A DNA stretch of 59,235 nt, taken from positions 17,191,667 to 17,250,901 of the forward strand of contig NC_069003.1 in NCBI RefSeq assembly GCF_001194135.2. Reading direction: 5' to 3'. Of the stretch, positions 50,531 to 59,235 are shown in pieces (positions within the stretch are counted from its first letter, which is position 1; each line of letters begins with the position of its first letter). The stretch is from Octopus bimaculoides. Lineage: Eukaryota. A model generated the notes under the pieces. It was not told the origin of the DNA. It was given only the letters and a program-made list of their open reading frames with translations, and made no database searches. The translations under genes were made by a program, and so were the position numbers.

Positions 50531-50807
50531 CAGTGGTTCTCAAAGTGGCTGGGGGTGGAGGTGGAAAGATCCAGGGGTCATTGAAAGAAAGTGAGGTGAT
50601 AATGGCATGGCCAAAAGCAGGTGATATATGTAAAAGCAACAAGATAATGGGTTAATTAGGTGAAGTTTTATTTATGAAATACAGTTGTTTTGAATTTGCT
50701 GCAGAATGTGGTCTATGTTTGTGGTAATGAGTTGAGAGGGGGGGGGCACTAGGAATGTGGCCCAGGTGCCAAGGGGGTGGTAGCCTGTAAAAGTTTGGGA
50801 ACCACTG
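50531..50807. mobile_element. hAT/Charlie-like MITE with 8-bp TSD
   Basis: CTCTAGTG|CAGTGGTTCTCAAAG ... AAGTTTGGGAACCACTG|CTCTAGTG. Confidence 0.9.
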
Positions 50808-51548
50808 CTCTAGTGTGCCATTCTACCCTATTCTTGCTATCCTTCCTTCTTTCTTCTATATAATGCACATCCCTCTCATCTTCTTTCTCATCCCTACCCT
50901 TTTGCATCTTGTTCTCCTCTCTACCTCCCCCACCACTCAAACAATTCTTTTTACTTCGTTCCTGTTTTTCTCCTTTCCTTTCTTCTGTATTTGTTGCTTG
51001 ACTTCAGATCATTTCTTATCCAGCAATCTCCTATAATCTAAGTGATTCTTATCATGACCAGTCTATCTGTTATTTTTTTTTACACACACACGCACAGTGT
51101 GTTAAAATTATGTTGTATATATATGTATATATATATATATCATCATCATCATCGTTTAACGTCCGCTTTCCATGCTAGCATAAGTTGGACGATTTGACTG
51201 AGGACTAGTGGAACCCGAAGGCTACACCAGGCTCCAATCTGATTTGACAGAGTTTCTACAGCTGGATGCCCTTCCTAACGCCAACCACTCAGAAAGTGTA
51301 GTGGGTGCTTTTACATGACACCGGCACGAAGGCCAGTCAGGCAGTACTGGCAATGGCCACGCTCAAAATGGTGTATTTTATGTGCCACCCACACAAGAGC
51401 CAGTCCAGGGGCACTGGCAACGATCTCGCTCGAAAGTCCTTACACATGCNNNNNNNNNNNNNNNNNNNNNNNNNNNNNNNNNNNNNNNNNNNNNNNNNNN
51501 NNNNCATGCTGCGGGCACAAGTGCCAGATAGGCGACGCTGGGCACAGG

Positions 51549-51594
<46 letters not shown>

Positions 51595-52599
51595 CAAATT
51601 GTTGTCCATCTTGGCTTCTGAGCTGCAATTAATCATCATCAAGTTCTCCATTGTTATCATCTTCATCATCATCACTACTATCATCACCACCATCATCATC
51701 ATTAACACTATCATCATCATCATCATCAGCATTATCACTGTTACTCCCACCATCATTATCCTTATCATGCACCCCTGTCCCTTTTCTGTGCTAGCATGAC
51801 CAGGATGTGACTTACTGAGGCAATGTTCTACACCTAGACGTCTTTCATGTTGTCAGTTCTCTTAATTAACTTTCTAATAAATATATTTATTCTCCCTGGT
51901 TTTCTACACATGAAATTGACAAAACTGCTGTGTGAAATATTGCTTACTGGATTTAAACATGCATATATGCCCTGCTGGTGACATGTAAAAGGCACCCATG
52001 CCAGTAACATGTAAAAGGCACCCACTTCACTTGTGGAGTGGTTGGTGTTACGAAGGGCATCCAGCCGTAGAGAGCCTGGTACAGCTCTTCGGTTTACCAG
52101 TTCCAGTCAAACCCTCTAACGTGTGCCAACAAGGAAAATGGACGCTAAATGATGTCAATGATGATGAGATGTAAGAACAACACCTTCGCTGTTTTTGTTC
52201 ACATTCTGACAATGGGAAGTCATGCAGAAATGCACACATGCTTGCATGCATATCATACACACACACACGCACAAACATGCACACACACAAACGAGCTTCA
52301 GTACAGTTTCCATTTACTGAATTAAACACACGCACACATATATATATATATATATGAACTTCCATGTAGTTTTCATTTACTGAATTTCATTTTCAAGGCA
52401 TTGGGTCTGACTGAGGAACATTAACTCAAGGTGCCATGCTGCAGGATGCAGCCTGAGACTATGTGGTTGTAAAATTAGTTTCCTAACCACACAACCATGT
52501 TAACTGAGAGAGAAATTATTTACTTATATACACTTTAAAAAGAAAGAGAAAAAGTGTATGTGTGTGTGTGTGGGGAGCTACAAAAGATAGTGGGGGGAG

Positions 52600-53140
52600 A
52601 ATCGATGGGCCACATACCCAGAACAAGTGGGGTGCTAAGCTATGTCCTGTGGTAATGACCACAATGGTATTGCTGTGGAGAATGACCAGCAACACTTGCT
52701 GCAGTGGCTACTCCACCTCATGGGACTCATTTCTCCAATGGGCCTCCACTATCCCTATTTTGCAGGTACTATCCCTATTTTGGTGGTACAGGATCCTAGA
52801 AAACAGACGTCTCAAGAGTGACCGACACAAACCATTAGTTGCCGGTCAGACTCCTGTACCTAATGATTTTTCTCTTCTCTGCATTATGGGTGGTGACACC
52901 AGGGTTTGCAAGAGACACCACGAGGTTGGAGCTGGATAATGTGTTGCCGTACATCGCATCCCAGACTAGGTATCTGCCTCCCTTGAATGGGAAGAGAGTT
53001 ATCCTGATAGTGCACTTACTGTCCCCATGGTCAAGATCTGCAGACTCAAGTTGAGACAGGAAATCAACTGTGTCAAGGTCCCTTCTGCTTATGTCATTCA
53101 GGGTGGTGTGTTGGGAATCGGCCTGTGCTAAAGTCATGTT
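52600..53140 (-). pseudogene. CRE-like non-LTR retrotransposon fragment (restriction-like endonuclease end)
   Basis: HTTLNDISRR..LSQLESADLDHGDSK..ITLFPFKGGRYLVWDA..NTLSSSNL..AEKRKIIRY resembles the RH..LNDII..LEP..DGKRPDG.TL.P...GK.L.WD..K..KY pattern; the catalytic PD is degenerate. Confidence 0.6.
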
Positions 53141-54177
53141 AACTAGATTGTAAACAAAAGTTACTGAAGAGAAGTTTGGGGGAAATTGTCTCAGGTAAGA
53201 TCACAATACAAAAGCTGCCTCAACTTTAGGATCAGTATCTATCCCAAATTCTTTCTTTTATTCTTTTATTCTTTTATTTGTTTCAGTCATTGGACTGTGG
53301 CCATGCTGGGGCACCAGCATTAGGTGTATGGTAGTGAGACATAGATACTGATGCAGAGGATGTGCTAAGGTTGAAAAGAAAGACAGTAAGCATGACTTGC
53401 TGGAGGTGTCTTTCTTTTATTGCTTTGTTTCAGTCATTAGACTGTGGCCATGCTGGAACACCAGTATTAAGTGTAAGTGGTTGAGTATTCCACTAACACT
53501 TGTACCTTTAATATAATCTTCAGAATTAACATGATGCCTTGTGTGATAAAGTCCACTGGTTTATCAGCAGATAAACACTATCAACCACTTGCCTCCAGAA
53601 TTCCATCTCCTGCATTGCTCTTGGTAGGTCACTTTTCAATAGACCAAAGTCTTCAACTAGTTGATCAATAAATGTCCTGGTAGGCTGACGCCTAAGCTGT
53701 TCTTGTGTTGGTTCCCACATCAGCCTCCACAGAATTTCAGACATCTTTTCTTTATGGTGGAGGTAACTCTATGGAGTTTTCTATAAAAAAAAACCTGGTT
53801 TGTTGTATGGGAACTACCATTTGATATTAAGTATTGCTCTCAGAAGTCTTATGTATATTCCATCTACTTTTCTTTCCAGTCCCATTGTTAGAATCCATGT
53901 TGTGTCCATGTGATAAAGAAGACTTTTTGAATTGCAGGTAGAATCCATCCATGAGTTTACTCAGGGTTTTTCTGAGGCTGTGGCAGAAGACACTTGTCCA
54001 AACTGCTGCACTGTGCAAGTAAATCTAGGATCTCAAAATTGTAATACAAATTTCTAAAGTAATTGGGCGTGCCTACACACATATACACACATCTCTTGCA
54101 CTGGGAAGGGGGTTGTTGCAGTAGGGAGAGGTGTCACTTTTGAAAGCACACTACTATTTGGTCTATTTATTTGTTAG

Positions 54178-54242
54178 GTTGCCAAGCAACAGTTACAGCA
54201 ATGGCAGGCTTTGAATGATGGCAGAAACAATAGCAGTTCTTT
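54178..54242 (+). CDS. MAD1L1: MAD1L1 coding exon 8
   Basis: TTTGTTAG|GTT..TT|GTGAGT; VAKQQLQQWQALNDGRNNSSS corresponds to human RLLAKLQSWERLDQ; phase 0 to 2. Confidence 0.88.
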
Positions 54243-54785
54243 GTGAGTTCTTTATTTTTTAACTCTTTTAACTCTTTTCCTATTCCTCCTTCATCTCCTC
54301 TCTCTTTATACATACACACATACAACCCCACCACACACTTATGTATGTGTATGATATATGGATATATGTGTATGTATATATGTGTCTATATATATGTATA
54401 GTATAGTTGGATATTTGACCACCACTATTGAGTTTAAAACTCAGCATAAATTATCACCACCCACTCCTGCTCCCAGTATAGTGGTGTGGTTATTGTTGTA
54501 CTTAGTTGTATTGCTGGTTATGATAAACAGAGCAAATAGAGGAAAAATTATGATAAACCCAAGTTCATCTCTTTTGTTCCCTACATAGGTTTCATCATTG
54601 TAAATGTAACATATTGCATTGAAGTGTTTTCCTGATGATCTATTGTGGTTCAGCATCCAATTGCACTTGGAACATTCAATGCAGAGATTGCAAATAACCA
54701 CAATGGTGAAATGTATGTAGGGAACAAATGATTGAAATTTGTGTTTATCATAATTTCTCCTATGTATGTATTTTTTGTCTCACAG

Positions 54786-54872
54786 GACTCCAGCAGTTGT
54801 GAAGAAAACCATTTTTGACTTGCAGAACACTGAAGCTTTGTTATTGGAGAAGAACGGCAAACTGCAGGCACT
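54786..54872 (+). CDS. MAD1L1: MAD1L1 coding exon 9 (gene continues beyond the window)
   Basis: GTCTCACAG|G ACT..CT|GTAAGT; (L)TPAVVKKTIFDLQNTEALLLEKNGKLQA corresponds to human [28 protein letters not shown]; phase 2 to 2. No further exon was found before 59235. Confidence 0.9.
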
Positions 54873-54908
54873 GTAAGTTTCTTTAAAGAACATATTAATT
54901 GTGGACTA

Positions 54909-54955
<47 letters not shown>

Positions 54956-56443
54956 GTTCAAATTTACAGAAAGCAAAAGGCGAAGGCAGGTGGAGGAACA
55001 ACAAGCAGGCGTATTAGTTTAATACTCAGGAAAAATGGAAAAGTCTTTGACATTTTGAGCCTCTGCTCTTCAACAGAAAGGATTGAGAGGAAAAAAAATG
55101 GAGAGTGAACAAAAAAAAACAAAAAGAAAACTGAAAAAATGTGTAGGGATTAACAGTTCAACATGATAAAATGACTGGAAGCAAGAGGCTGAGTGGAAGG
55201 GAGATAATAACAGTGACCCAGCTGAACTAGGATGCACAAGTGCATGTGTGTATGCGAGAATAGCATGTGTGAGTGTATGTGTGAATGTGTCAGCAGGTTT
55301 AAAATTATATATATACACAAATGTATGTATGCAACTCTATATAAACAAATGTATGTATGTATATATCTGTCAGGCACACTGACTGGCAACAGAATGTTAT
55401 AGTCAAGTTTTACTGCGTGTCTGACAATATATGCCTAGCTTGCCAATAAAAGTGTAAGGGGGCCATGGCCGTTTGTGTGGTGATAGTATTTTATTGGTTA
55501 ATTTTCAATTCAATCAACCAATGAATGATAGTTTCAGTTTGGCATGTAGCTGTCTCCGATTGAGAATTTTGTGTTTGTCATTTTCATCTTCTTTTCATTG
55601 CATAGTATGTCATTTTAGATTTTGCTAAAAATTAATATTTTTAATATTTTTTAAAATACATTTCAGTTTATAATAATATACTAGCTGCTGTTCAGTAACT
55701 CTCTGTATGACAGAAAACATAAACAAATATTTTTATTGGTTTCCATGCAACCACTTTGGCAGAAATAATTATGTTTTTACTACCCTACTAAAATTACATC
55801 TAATTAACACCGTTTGTAGCTGTTCTCGTAAATAGCTAAAAACTCTTTCCTAGCCCGAAGCATCCTTGGTTTATTATTCTTGTTGAGATGGTCAATCTTC
55901 TCTCACAGCTTTGTATCTATTAACAAGTGATTTACTGTTAATTTTTTTCCTCTATAAGCAACAGTCTTTTAATAATTAGTAAATAAATAAATTGTCACTA
56001 TTTCAACCAGCATACAACTTGATTTTAATGTGGGCGGCCTTACACTTAGTTTTCTTAATGTATTTATTTCAATTATTACTCTTAATTGACTCATAAAATA
56101 ATATCTTAATATTTTTCGTTCACTTCTGTTGATAAGTTCCAATATGATAAACTTTTGTGTATTCGGTATTCTACTCTCTTGTTAATGTAAACAATACTAA
56201 TCATATATATTCACAAATTGAAATGAAGATCTTTTCATATCAAATACATTTTATTGTTCAATAGATAGCAGAGGGAAAAAGAAAGGATAATGTAGAATAG
56301 AATACTTGACTTTGATTAATAGATTTGGATGCCTGTCTTAACCCTTACAAATTTTGTTCTTAGTGAAATGTGAGCGGGTGTACTTCCCTAAATTTACCCT
56401 ACATTCCACACACAAAAAATACATCAAAACAGAACACTCTCAT

Positions 56444-56479
<36 letters not shown>

Positions 56480-56553
56480 TTTCCCACTAGCTTCCTTCAC
56501 ACAGATAAATACATAAAAACAGAACATGCTCACACACACAACAAACACGCATG

Positions 56554-56584
<31 letters not shown>

Positions 56585-56694
56585 GCACAAGAACAAGCAC
56601 ACACACAGACATACACCCATTAGCTGCCACACCATTAGGAGAAATATGGTGCATCTATAAAATATTACAAGTGTTGCCTTAAAAAGTACGAAAC

Positions 56695-57464
56695 TAGAAT
56701 TTAAAAATGCACATGCTCAAAAGGATTACAGAATGTCATAATGAACCTTAAAAAGTATGGGACTAGCATTGTTGCTGAAAAATATTGGAATCACTGTATG
56801 TTGCACATTCTGTGGCATCCTTTTATCACAAGAAATTTGTTGAGTTCATCGAAATTAAGTTATATTGAAAATTAATTAAGTTGAATTATCAAATACTCAA
56901 TTCTAATAAAACAATTGTGTACAAATACTAATGTCATCTATACATAATTAATTCAATCTATGAATGACAATTTTTGCAAATTCACAAGTAATGAATCAAA
57001 AATAATTTAGTAATAATTTGTTTAATTTGCATAACTATTCCATTAATATGTGTATCATAATGTGAATTATCTTTGCTTATAATTATTTTGGTTTCATACT
57101 TTCATTGTTATGTAGATTCGACTTCATCATAAATCCAGTATTTTTTCTATTATCATGGTAATTTGCATGCAGCATGAAATATGTTTTTTATATATACTTT
57201 GGGATGAAGAGAATTATAATGAATTTATTTATTCAAAGTCAAAGGTCATATTTTGTACATTTTCAAATTTTTATATTAAGAACTCAGTATAATAATTATC
57301 ATGACATTGTAATTCACACATGAGTCTCTTTTCCTTTTAAGATGCCACAGAATGTACATGTAGTGATGCCAATATTTTTGAGGAACAATGCTAGTTCCAT
57401 ACTTTTTTTAAGGTTTATTATGACATTCTGTAGCCTTTTTGAGCATGTGCATTTTTCAATTCTA
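56695..57464. mobile_element. Fold-back element with about 125-bp TIRs and an AT-rich core
   Basis: TAGAATTTAAAAATGCACATGCTC..TGTGGCATC (56695-56820) is the reverse complement of GATGCCACA..GAGCATGTGCATTTTTCAATTCTA (57340-57464). Confidence 0.72.
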
Positions 57465-59235
57465 CTGGGATCGTTTTCGATCGGGATCATTGCCAGTGTC
57501 CCTGGACTGGCTCTTGTGCGGGGCTGTCACAGGATTTTCGAGTGAGATCGTTGCCAGTGCCCCTGGGCTGGCTCTTGTGCGGGTGACACATGAAATGCAC
57601 CATTTTGAGCGTGACTATTGCCAGTGCCGCCTGGCTGGCCTTCGTGGGATATATATATATATATAATCATCATCATCGCTTAACGTTCATCTTCTGTGCA
57701 GGCATGGGTTGGATGGTTTGACAGGAGCTGGCCAGGTAGAAGACTACTCCAGGCTATTGTGTCTGTTTTGGCATGGTTTTACGGCTGGATGCCTTTCCTA
57801 ACGCCAACCACCCCACAAGGTGGACCGAGTTCTTTTAAAATTGCACCAGCACAGGTGGAGTCAGTTTTGAAAAGGTTTTTACAGCTGGATGCCCTTCCAA
57901 GTGCCAACCACTTTACAGTTTGGACTGGATGCTTTTTATGTGGCACCAGCACCAACAAGGTCACCAAGTAACTTGAAGACAAGGAATTTTGTGAGGGGAG
58001 GGGGTATTGGAGGAGGGGACCTTGCATCAGATGATGAAAGGTTAGAGTGTGACAGAAACAGAGGCAGAAACAAGTGTCTTGCTATAGAGGAGGTACATGG
58101 TTACCTGGTGAGAGAGAGAGAGAAGTAACAAGAAAGAGGACAGAAACAGTGCAGCTGTAAAGGAGATATTTAGTTACCTAGCGAAAGGGAAAAGCAAAAG
58201 AAGAAGAGTGAAAGTGATCAAGAATGAGGGCAGAAACAGGAGTGCTGTTGTAGAGGAGATACATNNNNNNNNNNGGAGATATTTAGTTACCTAGCGAAAG
58301 GGAAAAGCAAAAGAAGAAGAGTGAAAGTGATCAAGAATGAGGGCAGAAACAGGAGTGCTGTTGTAGAGGAGATACATGGCTACCCAGCCAGAGAGAGAGA
58401 ATGGGAAACAGCAAAAGTGCAAGAGAGAACAGGAGAGAGATAGTAATGAAGTGCCATTGTATACTTACAAGTAACAGGGATCAGAGCATAGATGGGATGG
58501 TAAAGAAAAGAGTTAAATGGTGGCAGTTGTCAGGGCGGGCATGCCTTCGAGGTACGGAGGTCATAATATATGTGTCCAGGTATTGCCAAGAAGATGTGAG
58601 TAGGGAGTTGGGATTGCAGTGACTGTTGGAAACGTGGGTATAAAGAGGGGTTGGGGAAAGCAGCAGTGCAGTGAGCTGGACAGTGAGGACAGGGATGGGG
58701 AATGAGAGATAATCATTGTGTATAAAGAGGAAATATGAGGAAGAGAAAAATGTAGTTTGATTTGTTGGGGTAGGGAATGTGAAAATTTTATTGTTACATG
58801 TGGTTGGAACACAACGCTTCTAACACCCAGTTTCACTGATATGGGGAGGTCTTCTCTAGAACCTCATATTGCTAGACATTTCAGTCCGTTGTCATTTCCA
58901 CTGTGAGCCCCAACATCTTGAAATCAGTCCTTACCACTTCATCCGATGTCTTCCTGGATCTCCCTCTTCCACAGGTACCATCCACTTCCAAGGGTTCATC
59001 ATCATCATCATCATCGTCGTTTAACGTCCGCTTTCCATGCTAGCATGGGTTGGACGATTTGACTGAGGACTGGTGAAACCTGATGGCAACACCAGGCTCC
59101 AATCTAATTTGGCAGAGTTTCTACAGCTGGATGCCCTTCCTAACGCCAACCACTCAGAGAGTGTAGTGGGTGCTTTTACGTGTCACCCGCACGAAAACGG
59201 CCACGCTCGAAATGGTGTCTTTTATGTGCCACCCG

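Noticed and set aside
58162-58377. Exact tandem duplication of about 100 bp
   Set aside because: The copies are identical and separated by a 10-N gap, typical of a contig-overlap artefact.

Overview
Repeat-rich animal genomic DNA with assembly gaps. The SINE/RTE/microsatellite landscape suggests an octopod cephalopod (inference, not verified). Two protein-coding genes are supported. (1) An intronless Tigger/pogo (TIGD/CENP-B-like) transposase ORF on the minus strand (18623-20452, 609 aa) with an intact DD32D triad, an in-frame 12-bp-period acidic expansion, a possible 5' TIR remnant and no recognisable 3' TIR. (2) The 5' half of MAD1L1 (spindle-checkpoint MAD1) on the plus strand, reconstructed by hand as nine phase-compatible coding exons (30372-54872, about 374 aa) and continuing past the window. 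The two genes diverge from a CpG-rich stretch at about 20.2-22.5 kb. The rest is mobile DNA: a full-length decayed Gypsy LTR element nested in a piggyBac-like MITE and itself carrying a mariner MITE and a SINE; RTE, RTE-X and CRE-like LINE fragments; Tigger, mariner and Sola2-like fossils; hAT and Kolobok-like MITEs; and many fold-back structures. Two repeat families carry type I hammerhead-ribozyme-like motifs, and one of them is a tRNA-headed SINE. No prokaryotic features, CRISPR arrays, rRNA or genuine tRNA genes were seen.
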